NCBI GenBank assembly: GCA_902573085.1
Contig: CACGHY010000003.1
Coordinates: forward strand, 1 to 62,277
Direction of reading: 5' to 3'
Length of the DNA stretch: 62,277 nt
Source of the DNA: an uncultured Candidatus Poseidoniales archaeon
GTDB taxonomy: Archaea; Thermoplasmatota; Poseidoniia; Poseidoniales; Thalassarchaeaceae
The notes under the pieces are model-generated. The model did not search any database, was not told the DNA's origin, and saw only the letters and a list, made by a program, of their open reading frames with translations. Positions 39,519 to 49,682 of this stretch are shown in pieces (position 1 is the stretch's first letter; each line of letters opens with the position of its first letter). The position numbers were made by a program, and so were the translations under genes.

Positions 39519-40454
39519 TTATTCTCCTATCCTGCTCCTAGAGTTGGCTATGTGGCACGCCACTATCTTCGTCGCGATAAGTGCTGCACTGAACTCAGTC
39601 AATGAACCCTCAGTCCCTGGAACGATTTCGTTTATGTCCGCACCAACAACCTCGCAATTCCCAGATGCGAAAAGATTCTCAATCAATTCTACTGAACCCC
39701 AGTGACTCAATCCCCCCGGGACTGGTGTCCCTGTTGCTGGAACTAGTGAACCATCAAGACCATCAACGTCGAAGGTCAGCCAAACTGGGCCAGAGATGCT
39801 TGAAACCCTTTCCACTAACCTCTCCCATTCTAGCTTCCCATCAACGACGGATAGTAAATCTCTTGCGAACCAAGTCTCAACTCTATCATCGTTCTGAATC
39901 GTCTCTTCTTCTTCATGACAGAATGCTCTGACCCCAATCTGCATCACTCTGCCCACTCCCAACTCCAGAGCCCTACGCATTACTGTCCCGTGGGAAAACC
40001 TCTCTCCGTTCAACTCATCCCTCAGATCAGCATGCGCGTCAATCTGAACTATTGTCAGTTCTGAAATGTCCCTAACAGAAGGGTGCTGGTTTAGATTCTC
40101 CAGAATCGGAAGTAGTATTCCATGTTCGCCCCCAAGAACCAGAGGGAACTCCTGTCCAGTAAACCATGGACTAACATGTTCCCCGATGGAGTCCAATTGT
40201 TCCCTGAGGCTTGGCGCCTCAGAGGACCATGGTGCCGCAGTGTGAATTCGTGCCCCACTCGGTAGATCTTCTGAGAGAATTGAGTCATGCAACTCTACCT
40301 GAGAACTTGCTTTGATGCAGGCCTTAGGGCCGTGACGGGTCCCTTCTCCGTAACTGCAAGTCATCTCAAGGGGAACCTGCAGTATCACGATATCCCAAGG
40401 GCCACTTTCAGACTCCTCAAGTGCGAGGAAAGTATGTCTGTCGAACCCATCCAT
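39519..40454 (-). CDS. speB: Agmatinase / arginase-family ureohydrolase
   Basis: GTRHGP, GGEHG, DAHADLR, SHGTVM, FDVDGLD, PGTPVPGG-type motif, DINEI. Start set at ATG 40454. Confidence 0.85.
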   Translation of the reverse strand: MDGFDRHTFLALEESESGPWDIVILQVPLEMTCSYGEGTRHGPKACIKASSQVELHDSILSEDLPSGARIHTAAPWSSEAPSLREQLDSIGEHVSPWFTGQEFPLVLGGEHGILLPILENLNQHPSVRDISELTIVQIDAHADLRDELNGERFSHGTVMRRALELGVGRVMQIGVRAFCHEEEETIQNDDRVETWFARDLLSVVDGKLEWERLVERVSSISGPVWLTFDVDGLDGSLVPATGTPVPGGLSHWGSVELIENLFASGNCEVVGADINEIVPGTEGSLTEFSAALIATKIVACHIANSRSRIGE

Positions 40455-40526
40455 GGGCACTCGAGAAGAGAACACAGATTAACCACTTCGGGCGGGTTGA
40501 GCCCTAGAAATAGAGCAATTAGCAAG

Positions 40527-40979
40527 ATGTTTGAAATAACCTCGGCTTGTATCAAGGCCGGTAGGAACATGGGACTAACGCTAGCACAGCTTACTCATGC
40601 TATCAAGAGCAAGGTGGATACTACTATGGAGACTCATGTGGCTGAGTCAATAGCAGAACACGCATTGGGATTCTTCGGCTTTTCAAATAGAATTATCGAT
40701 AATGCGCTCGAGCCAACAGACAGGAACATGTTCTATCAGTTGCAGGACTATGATCTGCTGACTACAGAGTCTGAGGAGACCACTCTATGGGATGGAAGGG
40801 AGTGGAGAATACACTACTGGAAGTTCAAAGCAAACGCAGAGAACTTTGCCAATTTGGCTGTTCAGAATGAAGACAAGGGAGAGGAAGATCCCTATGCGGA
40901 TATCTACGATGGTATGCCCGCAGGTCTTTGGAGAGAGAGGTCAGGGGTAGACGACGACTATGAGGAACCTTTGTTCTAG
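40527..40979 (+). CDS. Conserved hypothetical protein (resembles DUF6015 of Thermoplasmatota)
   Basis: AEHALGFFGFSNRIIDNALEPTDR and EETTLWDGREWRIHYW. Family name is from memory and unverified. Start is 40527 or 40569; the upstream extension overlaps the agmatinase gene. Confidence 0.65.
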   Translation: MFEITSACIKAGRNMGLTLAQLTHAIKSKVDTTMETHVAESIAEHALGFFGFSNRIIDNALEPTDRNMFYQLQDYDLLTTESEETTLWDGREWRIHYWKFKANAENFANLAVQNEDKGEEDPYADIYDGMPAGLWRERSGVDDDYEEPLF

Positions 40980-41036
40980 TGGAATCAGCGGCTATGCCGG
41001 GTATTGTTTGAAATGCCACAGCTCGCGGAGGACAAT

Positions 41037-44000
41037 ATGACCAGAGCCTTCTCAATAGCAGTAGTGCTTTCGATGCTAGCGGTTTGCATACCTTCGTCGC
41101 TTGTCTGGGCAGAGGAGGGGGAAATCAATAGTTGTGCTATCCTTGCAGATTGGGATCAGCAATGGGACTTCTCAGAGGACGGAGGATCAGAGGTATCTCT
41201 TGTTCACAGGTATCGGGTAATTTTCGACCCACCACTCACTGACTCCATTTCACATGAAGAATTGAACACTAGCGTCCACCATACCAGAGGGTCGTTACAA
41301 TTGTCAGGACAAAACACCTCGGTATTCGTGGCTGGAGGAGAGATAGAAATAATTCTGGAGGAGCAGCCAAGGTTTGGAGACTATGTCTCGATATCTGTTC
41401 AATCTCCGGTTTCCTCATGTAGCCGCTCGCTAAATATCACAAACTGGAACCAACCAATCTCAGATCATGAGGTCACAAGAGAAACCAATTGGTCACTTTC
41501 AGGGATGGAGGGAGATAGTCAGGGAGTCACTTTCGAAGGCAGAGGTTGGCAAAAGAGAACCGGGGAAATCTTAGAGTCCAATGAACTCGGAAACGGCACT
41601 CTAGTCCTAGATATGAGTAACGGCTCACAGGGAGCAGCAATAGATCTCGGATTGGACAGAATCTGGCTAAATGAGACTTATCATGGAACCGAACTAATCA
41701 GCCAAGACTTCGAGATGTCTGGTTCTGGACAGATCGCGATTTCAATAGATGAAGGCGATGAGGGAGCGATAGTTAACGCGGAAATCAAAGATGCTTATGT
41801 TCTAAGATCATACAAAGATGGCAAGATCACTGAGAGGATGATGTTCGAGGGAGATGGATGGATTTCCATTGATGGCGGAGATAACGAAAGCTCCGGAGGA
41901 GTCTTTGGCGAGGTATTCTTGCTTTACTTCGAGACTTGGGATGAGGATGGCTTTCGGAGACTCCAGGATATCCAGGTTGAAGCCAATGCATCTGCTAGAA
42001 TATCTGCTGCAGGCGAGTTCTTCTCATTTGAACTAGAGGAGCTAATACTAAGAGAGAAATGGGAAGAGGGAATCAGAACTGACCAGTACTCTAGGATTTT
42101 CGGAAGCGGGCAGTTCGATTTCATAGCCTCAGATGAGGCCCCATACATCGAGATCAATGGCACCATCCCGATCATTCACATGCAGTCAGAAGGCGGAGAG
42201 ACCGTTGCTGACACAATAATTGTTGATGGTACCTACGATGGTGATGCTGAGGGGTCCTTTGGTCTAGTGCGGAGGATTGTAGATTCCGATGTCTTTGGAA
42301 ATGCGACTGGGACTCTCTTCGAGGCTGATAAAATCCAGAATGAATTTTGGTTCAACGTCTCTGCCACACCTTTCGGCCCAATAGATCAGGAGTGGGGAGC
42401 GGAGCACAACCTGACCTACGAGTATGTAGTCCCCCAAGAGGACTGGATGAATCGAACGATTCGTTACACATATGTGGAGGACAACGGTTCTACAGAGGAC
42501 GAGTTCCCCGAGAACTCTCCTATCATCCAGAATCCAGATTCCCCCGAAGCGAACGCCATCTTCTCTAATCATATCTCTAGGGAGACTGGAGTATGCCCTC
42601 AGATATTGGCAATAGGAGATAGTTTCCAACTCATAGGCAATAAGGAAATGACTCTGGAAGTATCCGTAATAAGCAGCAAAGTCGTATACATAGATGGTCA
42701 TGAGATTTCAGTAGCTGAGTGGAATGGTATGTACGGAGGTATCAGCTCGGCGAATGGGAGCATTATCAACGAGGGACCCCTTTCTGGATTGCTGAATGAA
42801 GTCAGTAGAGTAGTAACATTGGACATAGGTGACAACTCCGAGATTTCCCTTATCGAAGAGCAGAGAGTGGATAGGATTCTTTCCCCTTCGATAGTTACAT
42901 TCGATGAGAACACCCCTCCCATGCTCTCCAGCAACTCGGAGTCCTCAGTAAGGTTCCGGGAGTCTGCCCTATCTTCAGAAGGGGGAATAGCTCACCTAGA
43001 GATCTCTATCGATGACATAGATACGGACACGAAATCAGTGATCGCGGATCTTTCTTCTATCGGTTTGGGGCTTATCGAACTCTCAGACTCGGGGCTCTTG
43101 GGCGATCTTACTATTCACGATGATGTCTGGACGGCGAAAATTGTCCATGATGGCCTACAGAGTGGTAATCTCCCCATCTCTGTAATAATGGAGGATTATT
43201 GGGTCACAAATCAACAGGATGTTAGTATTCAGATTTCCAACGCGCCTCCTCGCCTCATTCATCTTGACTTCTCTCCTGACGATGTTTTCAGGGGTGATGA
43301 GGTTCAAGTTCACTTGGGCGCCTATGATGGACACGGAATCAAGTCTGTTTTCGTTAACCTACAGTCTATGGGCGGGTCAATGGTTGAATTATCCCCTGAG
43401 CTTGTGGGATCTGTCTGGGAATGGCAGCATAAAGGGGATACGCGGTCTACGGAAATAACAACTTGGTCTGGCTCCTTCAAAATACCTCCGAGTATGTCTC
43501 CGGGGAGACAGCATATCCCAATCTATCTGGAGGACCAGGAGGGAAGCTCAACTACCACCACTCTGATTGGCGGAGTCCTATCCAGTAAGTTAGGAAGCCA
43601 AGCAGATAAGGTCCTGATTGGGAACCAACCTCCTTCAATCATCAATTTTACGATTTTAAGAGATGGGATTCCCGTCAACCAAGTCACGTCACTTAACTCA
43701 GGAGGGGAGTTAAATTACACCCTGGAGGCAACAGTTCAGGACTTCGATGGAGTCTCCTCTGTCCAGGCAAAGATAGGAAGACTTGCACCCATTGGCCAGT
43801 CAGATGTATGGCAGTTGATGTCAGATAACGGGGTTGGTCCCGATAGGGTAGCTAATGACGGGGTATTCTCATTGTCATTCTCGGCTAGGTCTTCTCTCAG
43901 CGAAGGTGAGATGACATTGCTCATTCGTGCGACTGATATCTTCCTATCCACGACTGCTGATCAAGATCAACAGCACAATGTCTCCATAACCAAGTCAGAC

Positions 44001-44129
44001 TCCGCAGAATCCGGCTCTACTTGGATTTCTTCGAACTCTACAACGATAATTTTGATTTCTATTGTGACATTACTTGCTTTAGGGGGCGGGGCATTCATCA
44101 ACATCGTAAGGAACTCAGAAATGGACTAG
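41037..44129 (+). CDS. Large secreted, C-terminally anchored acidic protein with choice-of-anchor-X-like motifs
   Basis: Signal peptide from MTRAFS; beta-rich acidic body; LSDSGLLGDLTIHDDVW and MSDNGVGPDRVANDGVF motifs; C-terminal TM helix. Confidence 0.75.
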   Translation: MTRAFSIAVVLSMLAVCIPSSLVWAEEGEINSCAILADWDQQWDFSEDGGSEVSLVHRYRVIFDPPLTDSISHEELNTSVHHTRGSLQLSGQNTSVFVAGGEIEIILEEQPRFGDYVSISVQSPVSSCSRSLNITNWNQPISDHEVTRETNWSLSGMEGDSQGVTFEGRGWQKRTGEILESNELGNGTLVLDMSNGSQGAAIDLGLDRIWLNETYHGTELISQDFEMSGSGQIAISIDEGDEGAIVNAEIKDAYVLRSYKDGKITERMMFEGDGWISIDGGDNESSGGVFGEVFLLYFETWDEDGFRRLQDIQVEANASARISAAGEFFSFELEELILREKWEEGIRTDQYSRIFGSGQFDFIASDEAPYIEINGTIPIIHMQSEGGETVADTIIVDGTYDGDAEGSFGLVRRIVDSDVFGNATGTLFEADKIQNEFWFNVSATPFGPIDQEWGAEHNLTYEYVVPQEDWMNRTIRYTYVEDNGSTEDEFPENSPIIQNPDSPEANAIFSNHISRETGVCPQILAIGDSFQLIGNKEMTLEVSVISSKVVYIDGHEISVAEWNGMYGGISSANGSIINEGPLSGLLNEVSRVVTLDIGDNSEISLIEEQRVDRILSPSIVTFDENTPPMLSSNSESSVRFRESALSSEGGIAHLEISIDDIDTDTKSVIADLSSIGLGLIELSDSGLLGDLTIHDDVWTAKIVHDGLQSGNLPISVIMEDYWVTNQQDVSIQISNAPPRLIHLDFSPDDVFRGDEVQVHLGAYDGHGIKSVFVNLQSMGGSMVELSPELVGSVWEWQHKGDTRSTEITTWSGSFKIPPSMSPGRQHIPIYLEDQEGSSTTTTLIGGVLSSKLGSQADKVLIGNQPPSIINFTILRDGIPVNQVTSLNSGGELNYTLEATVQDFDGVSSVQAKIGRLAPIGQSDVWQLMSDNGVGPDRVANDGVFSLSFSARSSLSEGEMTLLIRATDIFLSTTADQDQQHNVSITKSDSAESGSTWISSNSTTIILISIVTLLALGGGAFINIVRNSEMD

Positions 44130-44131
44130 AA

Positions 44132-44206
44132 TGGTGCGAGTGCCGGGATTTGAACCCGGGTTCCCACGTTGGCAACGTGGGGTGATAACCGCTACACTAC
44201 ACTCGC
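44132..44206 (-). tRNA. tRNA-Gly (anticodon GCC), CCA encoded, no intron
   Basis: Reverse complement GCGAGTG..TAGCGG..CCACG-TTGCCAA-CGTGG..CCGGGTTCAAATCCCGG-CACTCGC-ACCA; 7-bp acceptor stem and 5-bp anticodon stem; 75 nt. Confidence 0.97.
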
Positions 44207-44235
44207 GCAGGCTTTTGCAGGACCGACCGGCTTTT

Positions 44236-44619
44236 CTAAGCGTCGGTACCTATGTCAATAATCGCACTCACCCTCGATCTAATTTCGTCTCTCGTTATTC
44301 TATAGTCTTCTATCCCTCCACCCAACGGGTCTTCCAATCCCCAGTCCTCGTCGATTGGCAGGGCTGGACAACTAACTCCACATCCCATGCTGATTATTTT
44401 GTCAAAGCTTTCTGGATCGACCAGATCTACAGATTTAGGATGAAGGCCACTGATGTCTATGGAAATTTCCTCAAGCACTATCAAGGCATTTGGCGCTACC
44501 CCTCTGTCTTCTGGAGGATGAGTTCCAGCAGAAAATGCGGTATGCCCCAAATCTCTGGCTATTGCCTCAGCCATCTGACTTCTACATGTATTTCCAACGC
44601 AAACGAACAGAAGTCGCAC
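44236..44619 (-). CDS. arsC: Low-molecular-weight phosphatase / thioredoxin-type arsenate reductase family
   Basis: CVGNTCRS P-loop, SAGT, MGC..CP, WGLEDP. Confidence 0.8.
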   Translation of the reverse strand: MRLLFVCVGNTCRSQMAEAIARDLGHTAFSAGTHPPEDRGVAPNALIVLEEISIDISGLHPKSVDLVDPESFDKIISMGCGVSCPALPIDEDWGLEDPLGGGIEDYRITRDEIRSRVSAIIDIGTDA

Positions 44620-44722
44620 GTTTACAACATGCGGTAGTCACTAATTAACCGATTCACGATACAGAGTATAGTCTATATCTCTCCGGAATAGGTTTCAATA
44701 ATATCCCTCCGAACGGAGGATC

Positions 44723-45736
44723 ATGTCAGACTCCCCTGTGTCCCATCATCCTGCCGGACCACCTGCGGAAACAGGAAATTCCGAGGCCTCAAATGAGCAG
44801 AGAGCCCAGATGGAACAGGCCTACCAGCAGATGCAGAGGAAGATGAGAATTGGAAAGATGGACGAGCAGATAAAACACAAAATCATGGTGCTCTCGGGCA
44901 AAGGGGGGGTTGGAAAATCAACAGTAGCCACTGGTCTTGCCCTTTCTCTAGCACGCGAGGGAAAGAAGGTCGGATTGATGGATATTGACATTACAGGCCC
45001 TAACGTCCCTAAGATGCTAGGTCTCGAAAATGCGGATCTGAACGTCGAAGAGGGCCAGATTCATCCAGCCGAAGGTCCCGCTGGAGTCAAGGTGATCTCG
45101 ATGGCTTTCCTGCTTGAAGATCCAGACAAGCCAGTAATTTGGCGTGGGCCGATAAAGTTGGGAGCAATTCAGCAGTTTATTGGTGACGTAGCATGGGGGG
45201 AACTTGACGCTCTGATTATCGACTTCCCACCTGGAACTGGAGATGAACCATTGACAGTTAGTCAGAGCCTCCCAGGGATAGATGGCGTAGTGATCGTGAC
45301 TACGCCTCAGGAGGTTGCTCTACTTGATAGTCGGAAGTCTATCAATTTCGCCAAAACAATCTCAGTTCCGGTCTTGGGAGTTGTAGAGAATATGAGCGGC
45401 TATACTATCAGAGGCAAGTCTGAACCTAACTCTAAGGTTTCAATAATGGGTCCGGGAGGGGTGCCTATTGACTGCCAATCGGACAAAGACGGAAGATGGG
45501 AAGTCACTCTGGATGTCTTCAAGTCAGGAGGAGGAGAAGAATCATCTAGAGAATTGGAAGTCCCTTTTCTAGGCTCCCTTCCTTTCGATCCCGGAATAGT
45601 TAGAGGCGGAGATGATGGAGTGCATCGAATCATCGCAGAGCCGGAAGGAGATACAGCAAAGGCATTCAAATCGATAGTGGAAGGAATTGTTGAGCAACTC
45701 GAAAAGGGGTCACAACGTTCTCTAAGGATTATCTAA
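44723..45736 (+). CDS. mrp: Mrp/ApbC/NBP35 Fe-S cluster carrier ATPase
   Basis: [37 protein letters not shown]. Confidence 0.92.
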   Translation: MSDSPVSHHPAGPPAETGNSEASNEQRAQMEQAYQQMQRKMRIGKMDEQIKHKIMVLSGKGGVGKSTVATGLALSLAREGKKVGLMDIDITGPNVPKMLGLENADLNVEEGQIHPAEGPAGVKVISMAFLLEDPDKPVIWRGPIKLGAIQQFIGDVAWGELDALIIDFPPGTGDEPLTVSQSLPGIDGVVIVTTPQEVALLDSRKSINFAKTISVPVLGVVENMSGYTIRGKSEPNSKVSIMGPGGVPIDCQSDKDGRWEVTLDVFKSGGGEESSRELEVPFLGSLPFDPGIVRGGDDGVHRIIAEPEGDTAKAFKSIVEGIVEQLEKGSQRSLRII

Positions 45737-45789
45737 GCTCTAATCCTTGCGTCGAATTGATGACATAGTCACCGTTCCAAGAGTACGTA

Positions 45790-47883
45790 ATGGTTGCTGA
45801 CACAGGCATTTACATCACCTGGGTTACAGGTGCTATTTTGATCAGCATAGCAATGATGCCATTGTTCAAGCCTCAATATGCAAGAATCAGCCTTGAAGGG
45901 TTCATTGATATGTTCAGACGGTATTGGGCTCACATGATAGTTGTCTTCTCAGTATATCTTTGGAAGGATCTCCTTGACGGTCTCGACAGGATATTGATGG
46001 CCAATACCCAGCTCGATATGACTTTCTTAGTTTATGCGATAGAAGGTGATGCTTCCATGTGGGTGCAAGAGGGGCTCAGGAACGATTTCTTGGACGTGAT
46101 CATGACTCACTTCTATGTTATGGGATTCATGACGGCAACCTTCTCATCCTTCATTTATCCAATTTACTTTGATGATAGGTACATGGCCGACAGAGTCTCT
46201 CTTTCCATGTTTTGGACATATATCCTTGCAATACCTTTCTACCTGTTCCTGAATGTCAAAGTCACAGGAAATTATATCCAAGGCATGGAAACAATAGCAT
46301 ATGATCTGACACCTGAGATTCATAATTGGTTCAATAGAATTGATCCGTTCACTAATGGGATGCCCAGCCTCCACATCGGACTACCGTTTGCGATTTGGCT
46401 AACCATGCACAGATGGGATGAGGATGGAAGATGGAACAGGTTCCGATACTTCCTCATCATTTTCATTGCCCTGACATCTGTAGCGATAATATATCTCGGA
46501 ATCCACTGGTTCGTTGACATAATAGGGGGAATGGTGGTTGCCATTCTCGCTGTAAACATCACTTCGAGAACACACGAGTCAATATGGAGATTGGCCGATG
46601 AGAGACTTTTCACCCGGAGACTAGCACGTACGCTGGATGACCCTAGAGGATCAATAACTGGCACGCTCAAATCACTCACAAGCTCGCTAGACCCAATTAA
46701 AGAACCAGGAAAGAACCAGACAGGCGCACTCATTTTAGCGCTAATCTTCCTAACCGGATCAGTTCTGTTGTGGGACGTCACTCATCAGAAGATATCCATT
46801 GATGAGGCCGAATATCCCACATCGGCCTCTGGTTCTGGGGAGTGGCTGATTTGGATAGAGGATACTGGCCAGGAGATTTCGATTACGGCCACAAATGTAA
46901 CATCGAAAACAAATAGAACATTGGGCGGAACCATATGGGATAGCACCCCCAAGGTCGTATCTTCAGGAGATACTTTCGTAGTTTACGATGCGTTTAGAGT
47001 CGACTACTATCGTCATGACTCTGGGTCTGGGACACTCGAACCAATTTTCAGTAAGCCCTCCGAAGAATCACTGATCGACGTTTCCATTTCATCAGTTTCC
47101 AGTGATGCCGGGTACATAGCAATGCTATCCAACGAGAGCCTCAGACTGTTAGACACCACTGATCAATCTACCAGAATTATACAGTCTTCATCAAACTCTT
47201 CGGTAGTCGCCTCTTCTGGTTCATTAGTGGCATTTTCTGAGAACTCCCCCTCTGGACCCACTGTAAACATAACATCGGCAGATTCAGATTTGACTCTAAC
47301 GATCCCTCTGGACCCCCGCTCGTCTGAAAGAATAGAAGAGTCAATCAGGAACTCTGGTGCGTTGCTTGATTTTGGGAACTCCACAATCGTTGAACTGGTA
47401 ATGGACTCGAATTGGCTCGTGGCGACTGTAGATGTCGGACCCTTCAACAGGACAATAATAGTTGACACGTTATCAATCAATCAGACTTTGATTTCTAATC
47501 CTAGGTGGGACTCCTCCTCTCCCAGTATAGGGGAGGGGAAGGTTGCATTCCTTCAAGTAACAAGAGATGACATCATTTCTACATCTCAAGACTCGCTAAG
47601 GAACAATGATGTTTACGTCTACTACGTCGAATCTTCAGAAACTAGACAGCACACCTTCGACGATGATGTTGATCAGTTTCAACCTCAGATATTGCTGGAC
47701 CGACTTGCCTGGATAGAAGTAAATGACGAAGGGGAGAAGCAATTGCTGGTATACTCCTTCATCGATACAATAGAACCTCGCAATTCCCTTCTCCTGCAAG
47801 CCTCTATTCTCGCTATGATTCCGCTAATTTTCCTATGGACTCTCCAAGCATACGGGGCCAAGATTGTCACTCAGCCAGTCTGA
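45790..47883 (+). CDS. PAP2/AUR1(IPC synthase)-like membrane enzyme fused to an extracellular beta-rich domain with C-terminal TM
   Basis: NGMPSLHIG and YLGIHWFVDIIGG catalytic motifs; about 7 TM segments; Ser-rich beta region with PSIGEGKVAF and PQILLDRLAW repeats. Confidence 0.78.
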   Translation: MVADTGIYITWVTGAILISIAMMPLFKPQYARISLEGFIDMFRRYWAHMIVVFSVYLWKDLLDGLDRILMANTQLDMTFLVYAIEGDASMWVQEGLRNDFLDVIMTHFYVMGFMTATFSSFIYPIYFDDRYMADRVSLSMFWTYILAIPFYLFLNVKVTGNYIQGMETIAYDLTPEIHNWFNRIDPFTNGMPSLHIGLPFAIWLTMHRWDEDGRWNRFRYFLIIFIALTSVAIIYLGIHWFVDIIGGMVVAILAVNITSRTHESIWRLADERLFTRRLARTLDDPRGSITGTLKSLTSSLDPIKEPGKNQTGALILALIFLTGSVLLWDVTHQKISIDEAEYPTSASGSGEWLIWIEDTGQEISITATNVTSKTNRTLGGTIWDSTPKVVSSGDTFVVYDAFRVDYYRHDSGSGTLEPIFSKPSEESLIDVSISSVSSDAGYIAMLSNESLRLLDTTDQSTRIIQSSSNSSVVASSGSLVAFSENSPSGPTVNITSADSDLTLTIPLDPRSSERIEESIRNSGALLDFGNSTIVELVMDSNWLVATVDVGPFNRTIIVDTLSINQTLISNPRWDSSSPSIGEGKVAFLQVTRDDIISTSQDSLRNNDVYVYYVESSETRQHTFDDDVDQFQPQILLDRLAWIEVNDEGEKQLLVYSFIDTIEPRNSLLLQASILAMIPLIFLWTLQAYGAKIVTQPV

Positions 47884-48952
47884 ACATCTCATCTAGGCTC
47901 CTAGAGGCTCTCCTTACCGTATCCTCTGGGATATCCACAATCTGATCAGGAGTTGGGTCCATCAGTGCCTGGAGTATGTCCTCCAACTGGGTCTTCTTCA
48001 TGTGCCTGCACATAACACAGGCGCCCATCAGATTCAGATTGTCTTCGGTCTCAGCGAGGACCCGGTCTGCGGTGCCGCATTCAGTGATTAGCATCATGTC
48101 CTTTTTGCCAACGCTCGCAAGTCGAATAGCCTCGTTCATCAACAACTCGCTACTGCCTACGAAGTCACTTTCGTCCAGTACTTCCGAGTCACACTCGGGA
48201 TGACTAAGAACCACGAGATCGATCCCGTTCTCAGCCATACTCCTCTTCCAGTTTCTTATCTTGGGGCCAGTAAATTCTGCATGAACCTCGCATTCTCCTT
48301 CATACAGAATAACCTCCTTGCGACCTTTGAGTGAATGCTGAAGGTGCCTCCCCATGTACTTATCCGGTACGAAAATCAACTTGTCTCCAGGCAGTTTTTC
48401 GCATATTCTGAGATAATTGCTACTGGTAACGCACACGTCGCACTCGGCTTTAACAGCAGCACTAGTGTTAATGTAGCAGACCACAGGAACTCCAGGATTC
48501 TCTTCCTTCAACCTGACTACGTCTCCAGCCTCAATGCTGTCACTCAGTGAACAGCCAGCATCTGGAGATGGGTGCAATACAGTCTTCTCGGGACTGACTA
48601 TTTTTGCAGTCTCTGCCATGAATCTGACGCTTGAAAAGAGAATGGTCTGTTGCGGGGCATCTCTTGCTTCCTTTGAAAGGGCGTAACTATCAGCTACTGA
48701 GTCTGCAACCCCGTATGTGATGTCTGGGGTCTGGTAAGAGTGGGCAATCAGGAAAACATCCTTTTCTTGCTTTAACCGATTTATCTCTAGAGTCAGAGGA
48801 GCCAGTGACTTGCAGATCTCGATGCTCCATCTCATCGGCTGCTTGATTGCATATTGCAGCCTTATTGCCTCTTTCTCTATCTCTGAGTCAGAGTAACCAA
48901 AAGTTCCCAAGAAAACTCTCGGGACCGGGGCCGCTGGCATGTCCAGAACCAT
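47867..48952 (-). CDS. nadA: Quinolinate synthase A
   Basis: AHSYQ, ADSYAL, VRFMAETAK, AGCSL, CYINT, CEVH, HPEC, TECG, CRHMK (three Fe-S cysteines). Confidence 0.93.
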   Translation of the reverse strand: MVLDMPAAPVPRVFLGTFGYSDSEIEKEAIRLQYAIKQPMRWSIEICKSLAPLTLEINRLKQEKDVFLIAHSYQTPDITYGVADSVADSYALSKEARDAPQQTILFSSVRFMAETAKIVSPEKTVLHPSPDAGCSLSDSIEAGDVVRLKEENPGVPVVCYINTSAAVKAECDVCVTSSNYLRICEKLPGDKLIFVPDKYMGRHLQHSLKGRKEVILYEGECEVHAEFTGPKIRNWKRSMAENGIDLVVLSHPECDSEVLDESDFVGSSELLMNEAIRLASVGKKDMMLITECGTADRVLAETEDNLNLMGACVMCRHMKKTQLEDILQALMDPTPDQIVDIPEDTVRRASRSLDEMFRLAE

Positions 48953-49010
48953 AATGACCGATCAATCCTCGGAGTGCAACCGCTTTCAACTCATCTGGTG
49001 TCCGGTTTGC

Positions 49011-49673
49011 ATGAGGTGCCCCGAGATTCTCATTTGGAAGCCCGAAATTGTACTTCATGAGGGGGCCGAGGCAATCGTAACGGCCGGTTCTTGGCTTGGT
49101 AAGAGGGCCGTACTAAAGTACCGCAGACGCCGAAGATACCGACATCCCGACTTAGATAGAAGGCTGACACGTCAGAGGATGGCGGTAGAGGCCAGAGTTC
49201 TATCCAAGCTTTCTGCTGCTGGCTACCCCTCTCCGAGTCTAATGCTAATGGAACCAAATAAATCTACAATGTTGTTATCCAGGATCGAGGGAAAGACCCT
49301 ATACGACGTTCTGAAAACAGAAAATTCTTCTAGAAATATTCTACATTCCCTTGGGGTTTTGATCAGGAGATTGCATGAGTTGGAAATCTCACACGGAGAT
49401 TTAACCACTCACAATGTAATGGTATCAGAAGGCGATCTATACTTAATCGACTTTGGACTTTCTCGATTATCCCCAGAATTGGAGCATTTTGGACTCGATC
49501 TACAGGTCCTCAGGGAGTGCTTGGGCTCAAGTCATACAAAAATACACGATGCAATCGAAATAGTATGTGAGGGTTACATTGATTCCGAGAGCCAAAATAG
49601 TGATTCAGCAAGGGCTATCGATGTCATCGAGAGATTTCACAAAATCATAGGAAGGGTCAGGTATCACGGATAG
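49011..49673 (+). CDS. bud32: KEOPS complex kinase Bud32
   Basis: GAEA, YRHPDLD, EARVL, HGDLTTHN, LIDFGL, DLQVL, RVRY end. Start uncertain (48939-49011). Confidence 0.92.
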   Translation: MRCPEILIWKPEIVLHEGAEAIVTAGSWLGKRAVLKYRRRRRYRHPDLDRRLTRQRMAVEARVLSKLSAAGYPSPSLMLMEPNKSTMLLSRIEGKTLYDVLKTENSSRNILHSLGVLIRRLHELEISHGDLTTHNVMVSEGDLYLIDFGLSRLSPELEHFGLDLQVLRECLGSSHTKIHDAIEIVCEGYIDSESQNSDSARAIDVIERFHKIIGRVRYHG

Positions 49674-49682
49674 GTCGGAATA

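Noticed and set aside
40287-40526. N-terminal extension of the DUF6015-like ORF overlapping agmatinase head-to-head
   Set aside because: Conserved-looking sequence starts after about 40527; the extension is the antisense of the agmatinase start.
44132-44206. tRNA-Gly as an integration site for a genomic island
   Set aside because: No integrase in the window and no duplicated tRNA 3' end found by eye; the neighbouring gene ends 2 nt from CCA.
44131-44637. 168-aa plus-strand ORF over the tRNA and arsC
   Set aside because: Antisense to a clear tRNA and a clear LMW-phosphatase gene.
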